Below, one piece after another: positions 1-10,152 of a stretch of DNA of 64,000 nucleotides (the first letter of the stretch is position 1; each line of letters begins with the position of its first letter). The position numbers were made by a program, and so were the translations under genes. This DNA is from Basidiobolus meristosporus CBS 931.73. Lineage: Eukaryota; Fungi; Basidiobolomycota. The notes beneath the pieces were generated by a model. It worked only from the letters and a program-made list of their open reading frames with translations, searched no databases and was not told the origin of the DNA. The stretch is from assembly GCA_002104905.1 (NCBI GenBank), contig MCFE01000500.1, positions 1 through 64,000 on the forward strand, in the 5' to 3' direction.

Positions 1-345
1 GAACGCCAGAATCACTTTGCACTTCAAGTTGCGATAGACCCAGATGGCGGTAGCCACTTGGAATAGAGTACAGAGCAGCCCATTGGCAATACTGGTGATC
101 AGGTTTCTAAGCACGCAGGAGGTGTCGTATACGAAGTAGTAAACAAGCATGTAGATACTTGACAACAGGCCCACCAGGCTGGCTAGACCGCAAAGAGCCA
201 GCTCCGGCTTTCTGCATGTGCGGGAGATGGTTCGATTCAACCGGTAGAAAGTATGAAAATAAACACACGAAGCGACACAGTACAGGATCAGAGTTCCGTT
301 GGAGTACTGGATCTGACCCCTAATCGAATCCGACAGGGCCGCCAT
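1..345 (-). CDS. 5' part of a multi-pass membrane protein gene (runs off the window start; family unknown, possibly GPCR-like)
   Basis: ATG at 345-343, then 115 open codons to position 1 (MAALSDSIRGQIQYSNGTLILYCVASCVYF...LALCGLASLVGLLSSIYMLVYYF...ITSIANGLLCTLFQVATAIWVY). About three hydrophobic segments. Absent from the ORF track because no stop lies in the window. Confidence 0.6.
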   Translation of the reverse strand, partial: MAALSDSIRGQIQYSNGTLILYCVASCVYFHTFYRLNRTISRTCRKPELALCGLASLVGLLSSIYMLVYYFVYDTSCVLRNLITSIANGLLCTLFQVATAIWVYRNLKCKVILAF

Positions 346-900
346 ACGAGCGAAGAAAAGAGAATGTCTTGGAGGCTGGGGGGAACGGATGATAATATAA
401 TCAATGCAGACCCCGAACGAGGTAAATTAATTCCACTTCCAAGGAAATCCGACGATGCGTGCCGGCGGATCTGCTCTTCACCAATGCCTGATTAATATAG
501 CTAGATTGGACCCGTAAACAACGCCAAGAATGTTGAACGGGCCCAAGTAGGGGTTTGATGAAATTGATTTTCGGTGGCAAGGCGCGCCCAATGAGGTTTT
601 TCCACTACTTGTTGCCGATAATCAATCTAGCATTACGGCGAGCATTACGGTGGGGCGGTATAGGGAAGTTGTGTGACAACACCTAGAGTGCAGTTGCAAT
701 CTCGGGTAACAATTTGTCTCGAAAACCTTTATCCGAGTCTCATTAACAGCCAGGATACGTTTCATATTGAAGCACCCATTCATCCATCTCAGATCTATCA
801 AGGCCGGCATGTGCTTCAATCTTGAGCTATGATATATATATATAGTTCACCTGCCGTCGGGAATGCCATTCCCCCCCCCTCTGTGGTCTTGGGCTAGGAT

Positions 901-1733
901 ATGCGCCAAGCCATCGCAAAATACCCACTTCACCTCATCGAAGAGTACCTGACCAGGTGGTTAGGATCGTCAGGAGGCAAGCAGCTCAGGGTTCCGGATA
1001 TATGGGGCTTTCTGCGTGGATTTACGGCATCATTTCTGACCATAGGTTTGCTCACCTACTTGTCATACCACACCCAATTTTTTGTCTCGAACCGGCTGCC
1101 AACACTGATCCCTTCATTTGTAAGTTGAGCGACCAATATAGTTAAATTTCCCTCATTCATCCTCTTAACCCAGTCTAGGCCTCTTCAGCAGTCCTGCTGT
1201 ATGGTGCGGCTGATCTGACTGCGTCAATGCCTCGTAATTTCGGTAATGCTCATTCTCCATACACCAGTCTTGTCCACCCCTCCCCCCACTAACCTTCTCG
1301 ACCAGTTTTTGGCTATTTGCTGGTGGACTTGATGTGCATCAGCCTGAAAAAACTTTTCATCTGCCTGCTGCCCACCGAGGACCACCTGATATGGTTCCAA
1401 ATCGCATTTGGGCTAAGCTTATCCATGCTGTTGATGGAGCTCACCAATACCACCCATCCACCAGCTGCCGCCTCCGCGTTGATCATTCTCTCCGGAGGCC
1501 CGACGATATATAACCTAGGCTTCATGTTTCTGGTCACCCCCATTCTTTTCGGCTTGACCGTTCAGTTCGTCGTCGCGCTGATCGTGAATAATATCGGTCG
1601 CCGTTACCCCGAATATTGGTTCAGTAAAAGTGGCAAGCGGGTGGTAGAAATGAGAGAGCGAAGTGCCGACAAAAGTGTGTACACCTCCAGTGACGCGGCT
1701 GAAAGCGATCACTGGGAGCAAAAAAGTGTCTAG
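901..1733 (+). CDS. HPP-family transmembrane protein, 3 exons (901-1119, 1179-1242, 1306-1733), 236 aa
   Basis: GT-AG introns join in frame to give PSF-ASSAVLLYG...PRNF-VFGYLL and the family motif THPPAAASAL. Confidence 0.9.
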
Positions 1734-1858
1734 TCAATCTGGACGGTAGAGATTAGATGGATGGATAGGGATGAATGGATGGCGTGGGGCAATGGGATCA
1801 GTTTTATTCTTAGTCATGAGAGAATTCATAGCCAAGGGATGAATAGATCGAGTGTCGT

Positions 1859-2203
1859 TTAGGCGGAGGCGGCGACGGCAATGTGCTTTTGAGCGACAAC
1901 ACCCTCACGGAAGCCATTCTTGAAACGACGGGAAACATCCTTCAAGTATCTCATACGACCAGTGCCGGTGGTCTTTCTACGCTTGGCCTTCTCGCCCCAG
2001 TTGAAGGAGCGGATCTTGGCCGAGGGGTATCCGCAGGAAGCGCAGGTCTTCTTTTGGTTGTGGAAAGAGCGGTTGCCACAACGACGGCAGAGAGTGTGGG
2101 ATTTGGTGTGGCGTTTACCAAAGCTTTGGGTACCCTTGGTCTAGAAATTGAAACGAATGAGTGGTGGTGTCAACTCGCGCGATGGATGCATTCCACCTAC
2201 CAT
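1859..2203 (-). CDS. RPL37: 60S ribosomal protein L37 (eL37): ATG-only exon 2203-2201, intron 2200-2141, exon 2140-1859
   Basis: Translation [68 protein letters not shown]... with a C4 zinc finger. Intron GTAGGT...CTAG. Confidence 0.97.
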
Positions 2204-2297
2204 TTCAGATGGACTTGAAGGATATGAAAGGAAGAATGGCCCGGCTTAGACTTTGGTTAACGTTATATCAAGTTGGATTTTTTCCTCGTTCGTGATT

Positions 2298-2570
2298 GGG
2301 TTAGGGGTGATCTCGTTCCTAGCCTGGATTTTGTTCAATGACGCTTTGATTTCGACTTAGGGTTAGGGTTAGGGTGCCGTTGGGGGTGAGTCCCATGGTA
2401 ATCTAGATGTAGCACGGTAATAGGTAGGGTTTGAGGAGATTAGGAATGTAGTTTTGGTGGCGGTTGCGGTTGCGGTTGCGGCTACGGTCACCTTGATGTT
2501 AATCCTCATGTTCACATGACGTGAATCCAGGTGGTTTGACGTCACCGTGCAAGCTCGTCTCCGCGTGACA
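2298..2570. promoter_or_regulatory. Divergent promoter region between RPL37 and the sugar transporter, with telobox-like TTAGGG repeats and a TGACGTCA palindrome
   Basis: (TTAGGG)3 at 2357-2374, a single TTAGGG at 2301-2306, (GCGGTT)3 at 2460-2477 and TGACGTCA at 2537-2544. Function is inferred. Confidence 0.45.
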
Positions 2571-2751
2571 TAGGGATGGTTGTGTAGGACTGCTTTCTTT
2601 ATTTGGCATCACTGATGAGCCGTTGTTGCTAATCTCACCCAAACCGAAGCAACCCACAGTACAAATAATATCCAATAATCCCCATAATCCCTATCTTTTG
2701 CCCAGAAGCATATAACCAAAGTACAGCTGTGTACACAGTGAGCAGACAGTC

Positions 2752-4897
2752 ATGGCCAGTGAAGAGGACACCAGTAGAACCCCTCTGATCCATAGAACGC
2801 TCACCGAAGCAGGCTACAAGAGTTTTCCTCGGGTTCATACCACCGTACTTCCCAACTCAACCACTCCCACCCTAAGCGTCCTCGACCTCATCAAACTATC
2901 CATATGTTTGGCCGGCGTGCAATTCACCTGTTAGTTTTGCTTCCCAGTTCAACCTCAGTGTTTGCGAAATGCCCCCAAGTTCTAACTTTGCTGGTTTGCT
3001 TTCTGCACATTTAGGGACGGTGGAACTAGCGTACGTATGTCTTGACCAGAACCAAACAGTTTCTGATAGTAACGTGTAGACCCTGGGCCTAATTTAGCTA
3101 CGGCACGCCTTACCTTCTACTGCTCGGCTTGTCGAAACCGCTGATGTCTCTGGTCTGGCTTGCTGGGCCTTTATCAGGTAGGGTGGGGAAGGGTGGTGGA
3201 CTTTGGACGACCAAATCGCTCACAAGTTAGTTCCTCGCTAGGCTTGCTGATTCAACCGGTGATTGGGGCCATCAGTGATGACACACAATGTCGCTATGGC
3301 AGAAGAAGACCATATATTGTTGGGGGCGGTGTTTTAGTCTTGTCGTCAGTGGCCGCCATAGCTTATGCCAAGGAGCTGGCTCATTTGTTCGCAGTCAACT
3401 CGACCGACAACGACTCTGTGAAGGTAAAAAGCGTCCCACTTGACCTCAACCTTCTCTCTCATGGACTCGTTCGACTGAACCATGCTTCCAATGACATCAC
3501 TAGCGTAACGTGGCGATCCTCATCGCGGTGGTGGCGTTTTATATTTTGGACTTTTCAATCAATGCTGTGCAGGCATGCTGTCGAGCACTGATCCTGGACA
3601 GGGCTCCCCACGATCAACAAGAGGTGGCAAATGCATACGCCGGAAGGATGCTGAATATTGGGAGCGTGGTTGGCTACTTCATGGGATTCATCGACCTGGT
3701 CGAGGTGTTCCCAATGTTAGGCAAGACCCAGATGCAGATTTTGTGCGCCATTGCCGGGATGGTGTTTGTGTTCAGTTTAGGGATAACCTGTTTGTCGGTG
3801 ACCGAGGTGGTGCCCCACCAAGAGAATACACCTGGACCAGCCCGGTAAGTCTTGGCTCCATGTCTATTCGATACCATTTCACTCATCCAACTCCCTGACA
3901 TCGACCAGCAAAATCTCCATCACTTCGACCCTCCAAGAGATCTGGTACGGATTCCGCTACCTTCCAAGCCCCGTGCAGAAGATATGCAACGTGCAGTTTT
4001 TCGCGTGGATGGGATGGTTCCCGTTTCTCTTTTATAGGTGAGAGCCTGGATCCACTCTTGGAGTACGGTTCATGTTTTAATCGGTTTTTTATTCGTAGCA
4101 CCACCTGGATCACCGAGGTGTACATCCGAAACAGCCGTTCCACAGATCCGGACATAGTTGAGGATGCCATTCGCGCCGGGTCGTTCGCGTTATTCATTCA
4201 ATCGATCGTTTCGTTGGTGACCACATTGGTTCTCCCAATGCTCACAGAATACTTATCGGAAGGGAAGGAGGTGCAGCCGTGTGCAAGTGAGGATTCTGCC
4301 TGTACGAAGATCCAGAAGTGGAGCTCGAACGCGTGCATCCATCTCTTCGACATCCATAACATCTACACCTTCTCGCTCGTGTTCTTTGGAACTGTCATGT
4401 TGGTGACCTACTGGGTTGGGTCTGCAACGGAGGCGTCCGTCATCGTTATGCTCTGCGGTATATCATGGGGAATTGCCCTGTGGATCCCATTCGCGCTAGT
4501 TGGAGAGTTTGTTTCTTCCAATTCCCATTCCAATTCCCATTCCCATTCCACCCCAGGATCCGCAGCGAACACAAAATGTCTACCGGCGGTTCCAGAAAGC
4601 TCCACTTCTACTCTCTACTCGAGTGAAAACAACACATCGGTGATAACCATGTCAAGCAACATGGCCACGGTCAATTCCGAGCCTCAGGAGCCAGTGCTGG
4701 ATTCTGGAATTGTGTTGGGAATCCACAACATGTATGTGGTGTTCCCGCAATTCGTCATCATCCTGGTTAGCACGTTCATTTTCACTCTTTTGAAGGAGTC
4801 CTCCACAGACTCTGTCGGGTGGGTCCTTAGGGTTGGTGGGGTTTGCTCGTTCGTGGCTGCCTATTTATCATTGAAGTTGAAACCCTCTGGTGCCTAA
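2752..4897 (+). CDS. Sucrose/general alpha-glucoside:H+ symporter (GPH/SUT1-SLC45-like MFS), 7 exons, 574 aa
   Basis: Exons 2752-2929, 3015-3030, 3098-3177, 3242-3423, 3504-3844, 3909-4037 and 4099-4897 splice in frame. Motifs QFTWTVELAYGTPYLL, WLAGPLSGLLIQPVIGAISD..RYGRRRPY, DFSINAVQACCRALILD, WMGWFPFLFYSTTW, LGIHNMYVVFPQ. Confidence 0.93.
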
Positions 4898-5593
4898 GTC
4901 ATTCCCCTCTGTTCAACATTAGAAACACGGATTCCGAATAAAATCCACCTTTCATCCATTCTCCGTATTTGTTCGCTAATGATCAGGCAGTGAAGGCTTA
5001 GGCGAATGACGTTACGCCTCCACCAACCCAGCATCTAGGTGATTTCCTAGTTTGTTCTTCGGGCTATTCCTTGCCACATAAATCCCCGATTAAATTGGAA
5101 TCGGCCCTCAAGCTAAGCCATACAAGGTCAACAAACCTTAATGGAAGGCGCCGTGAGACATTGGCTTGACGGATGCTCGCCTTCACATATAATGGCCGTG
5201 GGAACGGGAGGGGGAATGGGGCTAGTGGATTCAATATCATGTGCTAGAATGGATCCTGCGGAGATTGCCGTATCTTCGAGTTGCTATCTGGAATACATTG
5301 AGAAACGGTGAGCAACACAGTCGGAATCCCCCTCCATCTAGATACCAAGGCCTGAGACGATTCCGTAATACAATCAAGCGGCTAATCTGCCTCTATCGCC
5401 CATCCGCCCATCCGCCCATCCACTGCAGAGCGGATCGATTGACCTGAACTCCCCACCAGCACGAATCTTCGAGGCTATGGAACCGTGAAATTTCGAAATT
5501 TCCAACATCCCCATATAGACAAGGCCTATCAACAGAATGCTGACTGACCGATTCTTTATAAATATCCGAGGGTTGCCTCGGTGGAAGGTAAAC

Positions 5594-6682
5594 ATGAACC
5601 TATTGAAGCCCCGTACGAGTCTTTTTTACACCCGCTCGCCCTTGCTCTCTCGTCTCGCCGGGATTGGGGGTTTGAGATGGCTTTCTTCCCCATCGGCGGT
5701 CAGGAGCAACCGGATCATTGAGAGTTCCCATCAAGGCACCACCAAGAAGATCTCCATCGTGGGGAGCGGCGTGGTTGGTGCCTCCTCCGCTTACGCTCTA
5801 ATGCTCCGGAATGTCGCCCCCACTGTCATGCTCTGCGATGCTCAGCCAGGGTTTGCCCACGGACAGGTGATGGATATGATCGACTGCCAGTTTCTCACCA
5901 CAACCAAGGTCAGAACTGCCACCCACAAGGAATGCGGCCAGGCGGACATCATCGTCATCACCGCCGGAGTCAACCAGAAACCAGGGGAGACCCGGCTCCA
6001 GCTGATCGAGCAGAACTACCACATCATGAAGGACGTCATTCAATCCATGTCCCCCATCCGTCCCGACGCCAAGATCCTGGTCGTCGCCAACCCCGTCGAC
6101 CTTCTGACCTACTTCGCGCAGAAATTGACCAACCTGCCTCACAATCAGGTCTTCGGCAGCGGGACTTTCCTGGATTCCCTCCGTCTACGAAACATCCTGG
6201 CCAACCACCTTGGCTTCAACCCGACCGCCATTCACAGTTACGTGCTGGGGGAGCACGGGGACGCCCAGTTCGTCGCCTGGTCATGTGCAAACGTGGGGAA
6301 TATGCCGTTGCTCTCGTTCCCCCAGGTCCAGAGGCTGGACCTGAAGAAGATCGAGCGTCAGGCCGCACGCAAGGCCTACAACATCATCAACCTCAAAGGA
6401 TCCACCTACTACGGGATCGGAGCCTGCGTCAGCTCCCTGTGCGAATCGATCGTCAACGATGTCGGGCGTATCCAGCCGGTAAGTTGCTGGAGTGAACGCC
6501 ACGGGCTGTACCTCAGTTTGCCCGCGGCCATCGGGGCGAACGGGGTCGAGTGGATCGCGGACATTCCCCTGAATCGCGACGAGCAGGCTCGATTGAATTC
6601 CACCGCCGAGTCGATGAGACGGATCTTGAATTCCTTCGAGGAATCCGCGCATCAAGACCTGTCCGTATCTGCCTCCGGATAG
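5594..6682 (+). CDS. ldh: NAD-dependent L-lactate dehydrogenase, intronless, with ~45-aa N-terminal extension (in-frame upstream ATG at 5537)
   Basis: Rossmann motif IVGSGVVG; TAGVNQKPGETRLQL with Gln at the LDH specificity position; VVANPVD; GTFLDSLR; catalytic LGEHGD; KGSTYYGIG. Confidence 0.95.
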   Translation: MNLLKPRTSLFYTRSPLLSRLAGIGGLRWLSSPSAVRSNRIIESSHQGTTKKISIVGSGVVGASSAYALMLRNVAPTVMLCDAQPGFAHGQVMDMIDCQFLTTTKVRTATHKECGQADIIVITAGVNQKPGETRLQLIEQNYHIMKDVIQSMSPIRPDAKILVVANPVDLLTYFAQKLTNLPHNQVFGSGTFLDSLRLRNILANHLGFNPTAIHSYVLGEHGDAQFVAWSCANVGNMPLLSFPQVQRLDLKKIERQAARKAYNIINLKGSTYYGIGACVSSLCESIVNDVGRIQPVSCWSERHGLYLSLPAAIGANGVEWIADIPLNRDEQARLNSTAESMRRILNSFEESAHQDLSVSASG

Positions 6683-6949
6683 TCGACCGATGCTGCCACC
6701 GCCCCACCCTGTTGAATATATTGTAAATAAAATCCCCCAGTCTGAGTGTGTGCTTTATTTCCATCGCGACCAGCGTTGACACCTACACTCCACGGGTCAC
6801 CCCCCCCTCGAACTAATTTGGATACCACGAGTCTGTTGGGGGCTGGATCGGTTGAAATCACTTGCCCGCTAAGGTCTAATGGATGTTGCGCGTGATCAAT
6901 CTAAGACACATTAAGCGAAGGGCGAGAAAACATCCAAGAGGAGGAGGGT

Positions 6950-7653
6950 TCACTTCTTCAGGGGGAATTCGCGGACCTGGCTTGACGCGCGCCGGATTTC
7001 CTGCCGATACCAGTGCACCGGGCAGTAGAGAAGGAGCTGCACCACCATCTAGAACATCTTCCGGGTGAGTACAGGGCTTCCCGAGCTTCCATCGGGAACA
7101 TTCGTTTCGCTTACCATCACGCCGAACAGGATCCCCCAGGGCGGGTTCTGGGTTTGAATGGCGATGGCCAACCCGCTTAGCCATATCACCACGCACACCC
7201 CGTTCATCACGAGGTACCCGAACAGTGTTCTGGATTGTCGCTGTACGTAATCGTTAGTGGAGAGTTCCACCACCCCACCCCCACCTCACCTCACCTCACC
7301 TCGCTGTCACTTACCTTGTGCGTACCCCAGACGCCCAGGAAACCCGCGATGACGTTGAGGGTTTCGATACCGAACAGAAGGTAGGAGATGACCTGGATGC
7401 TCTGGATCTTGTAACCAAAGAGGTAGGTCTCCTTGCTGGATCTCAGCAGCACCAGCAGGATGACGGTCAACAGGGCCGCCACCACGGCGAGTATCTATTC
7501 CCGATGAAAAGAAAAACCTTCCCGGTGAGTCCCGCGGTCTACCAACAGCGACCACCGCTTCGGATCCCTTACCAGTTGGAAGTAGCTCACCACCAGGCAC
7601 CCCGTACGAAGTCCCGGCCTGATCCGTGGATGCTCACTCGGTTCCCTTGACAT
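6950..7653 (-). CDS. Small four-TM membrane protein, 4 exons (7653-7573, 7494-7315, 7240-7115, 7048-6950), ~161 aa; the start could lie further upstream
   Basis: Three phase-0 GT-AG introns give an open frame MSREPSEHPRIRPGLRTGCLVVSYFQL-ILAVVAALLTVILLVLL...IETLNVIAGFLGVWGTHK-RQSRTLFGYLVMNGVCVVIWL...GILFGVM-MVVQLLLYCPVHWYRQEIRR...KK*. Confidence 0.7.
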
Positions 7654-8789
7654 GAAGCGCAAACGTTTACGAACTCCACTTGGTTTCGCGCGAAGACCAC
7701 CACCGAAATTTTCTGGGGGACGTCCCGTGGAGCCGGGCGGTTTTATAGTGAACCCCTCCCCTCCCCTCACCCTCGCCTATCCTCCGCCACCAGTCGGGGT
7801 CTGGGAATCCACCTCCAAGGGGGATTCGGAGTGGGGTGGCTTCTTCCATTGACATCATCCTTGGATCGGGTCGGTCGGGTCCGGATTGGGATGGCCTGGG
7901 ATCGTCCAAACCTAAAATCCCTCCCCATCGCGACGGTACCCGCCGATAGAGTTGGCCCCTTGCCAGATCTGGTGTTGCCCGAGATCCACGGATGGCTCGA
8001 CCCACCGAGTAGCATTGAATGGTGGTGGGTAGACCGGATCTGGCATTCCGGGATGTGTCATCGGAGGCCAAAGTCGGTGTCGTCTACCAAAAGGTGTGGT
8101 GCACGTCAAGTAAACCTGGAGGGTACGCGCCCCTGTCTTCCATCTCCCCCCCCCCTTGATTCCTAAAACCAGCTGACCAGGTGGAACGAGATTACCCTTC
8201 ACAGTATCACGCCTATGCCCTAATGCTCACAAGCAATCCCTCAGTAAGGCCGTAAGTTCAGCAAACCAAGTTTTCCTTAACATCTGCTCAATTCAACGGG
8301 CATCGATTACTGCTGTCTAGAATCTAGCGTGGGAGGTAATACACCACCTACCCACCGTTGAAAAAAAATTCCACTGCAAGCATCTCAAAACGGCTCGATT
8401 GTAGTCTGGTGATCTATGGCACCAGGGTTTCTGCTGACGGGTGTGGTGTCCAAGAGAAATTCTGGGCGCTCTTGGACTGAAGGGTATCAAACCAATGAGC
8501 AGCTAAGCGCACGTTTCGGAGCTGTCGAGGGTGTTGCTGGAATATTGGCAGTGGTGAATTGGGCTAATCTTGGTGGGAAATCTCGCAATTACACCCGGAT
8601 TTCCCATTCACTTGGTCACTCGAATAGTATCTCACCCAAATTCCTTGTTGGGATTTACATCAAATATTTCACCCAAATTCCTGGTATTCGGAACATGAGA
8701 AAATCCAAAGGTTGCCTAAACTTTCTGCACATGCTCCTAGGAACTTCTCAAGCCTGTTGTAAATGCCTTCTTTGCCAAGACCTTGTAAA

Positions 8790-9709
8790 GCTATAAATAT
8801 CACCTTTACATTTCTGAGGCACTAGAAGACACCTGTCAGCCATGCTCAGCTGCTCAAGGAATGTACATAGGATGAGAATTCTTGGCTACAAAGATGCTCT
8901 CTGGAGAAGCAATGAGAAGCCTAACCAAAAGAAATACCATGCTAGTAGATAAGGTGGAATCAATGGGAGTACAAATTGCTGATGAAAATGGCCAGATACC
9001 CTTCTGCAACCAAGTTGTATCCAAGAGAAAAGTGCTACAAAGCTCTTGAATGGTTTAACTGAACATAAGAGACAACCAAGAGCAGAATCTAGGAATTGTC
9101 AGAGAGTGGTGGAAATATTAGCAGAGAGATTCTGGTCTAATATTGGTCTTGTATATAGCTGGGTTTGGCTATAAAGGCAACAGAGTTGATTTGCTATGCA
9201 GGCTAGGCTTGGTGTTCATAGGAGTGCTAGATATGCTAGGCATGAGTAGAAACTAGAATGAAATTGTTGAATTCTTAATTTTGCTGAGGCACAATCTTAA
9301 TTTTGTCAAGACACACACTAAACCAAAAGGTTTAGTCAGTTTTATTAATACTTTTCTGATCAAGTTGAGTTAGTAAGCTCCAAGAGACTGGATTAATTGA
9401 AATCAGTTTGGGGGTTGATAAGTGCATAAGATAGATGAAAATTGCATCATCAATCAGCTGATGTCTTGGCAACTGCTAAGTGGTTGGATAGATCTCAGAT
9501 GAATAATCACTTAGAATGACTTAGCAGATCAGTTGAGGATATAATGGCCACATGAAAATTGATCAGGTGTGACAACTAAAATGGATTCTGAGAAGTGATA
9601 AAATAAACTATAACTGGGATTAGTCATATTTGGGTTAGGGAAAATCAATGAGGTTACTAGATTTCTAATGGAGTAGAGTTGGCTAAGACTTAAATGTTGA
9701 TGCACCATA
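8790..9709 (-). mobile_element. LTR family C: ~700-bp 5' LTR (9013-9709) with PBS-like TGGTTGCAGA and degraded internal sequence to the left
   Basis: Colinear with the TSD-flanked solo LTR at 13236-15145. The PBS-like sequence on the minus strand (9012-9003) abuts the LTR end. Confidence 0.55.
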
Positions 9710-10152
9710 GACTGCAATCAATGAAAATACCAAAGACCCTTTTAAGGAAGTGGAAGCCCTTCTTTTGGTGACTGCAAAAGGAAAAGTCACACATATTATA
9801 TCAGGTATCAAAGATCTGACTTCTATACTAGTTGCCTAACATTTCATCATATCTGGATGCCAATCTTAGTATTTTATATGCAGAAACACAAGTGCTCTGA
9901 CACCAGTGATCTGAACACATCCACTCTAACCTTTGAAAAGTAGTATGATGATCTTGTCATCAGGCCACCACAATATTAATAACCTGAGACTGAAAGGTAT
10001 TGGTGGCATCAGGGCACTATTTAAAGACCACCAAAAAAAATGGCACATCACATCTCACAAAACCTAGACCAAGTCTATCACCTCAATGATACCCAAGTAG
10101 CTTTTGATTGGTTCCTGTCCTTTCCCTCACTTCCTCATCCCAGACACTCAAT

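Noticed and set aside
1883-2218. Plus-strand ORFs of 111 and 74 aa
   Set aside because: They are antisense shadows of RPL37.
2357-2374. Chromosome end or telomere
   Set aside because: Only three repeats, and they lie between two genes.
4516-4552. TTCCCA-type repeat in the transporter (SNSHSNSHSH)
   Set aside because: Ordinary coding microsatellite in a loop.
5594-6682. Recent horizontal transfer of LDH from bacteria
   Set aside because: Being intronless is not enough. The protein resembles known Mucorales-type fungal LDH, and its GC content is similar to neighbouring genes. A phylogeny would be needed.
2752-6682. Sugar transporter plus LDH as a metabolic gene cluster
   Set aside because: Only two adjacent genes, with no shared motif seen. 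Synteny data would be needed.
5798-6861. Several long overlapping ORFs around LDH
   Set aside because: They are alternative frames of GC-rich coding DNA with no recognisable motifs.
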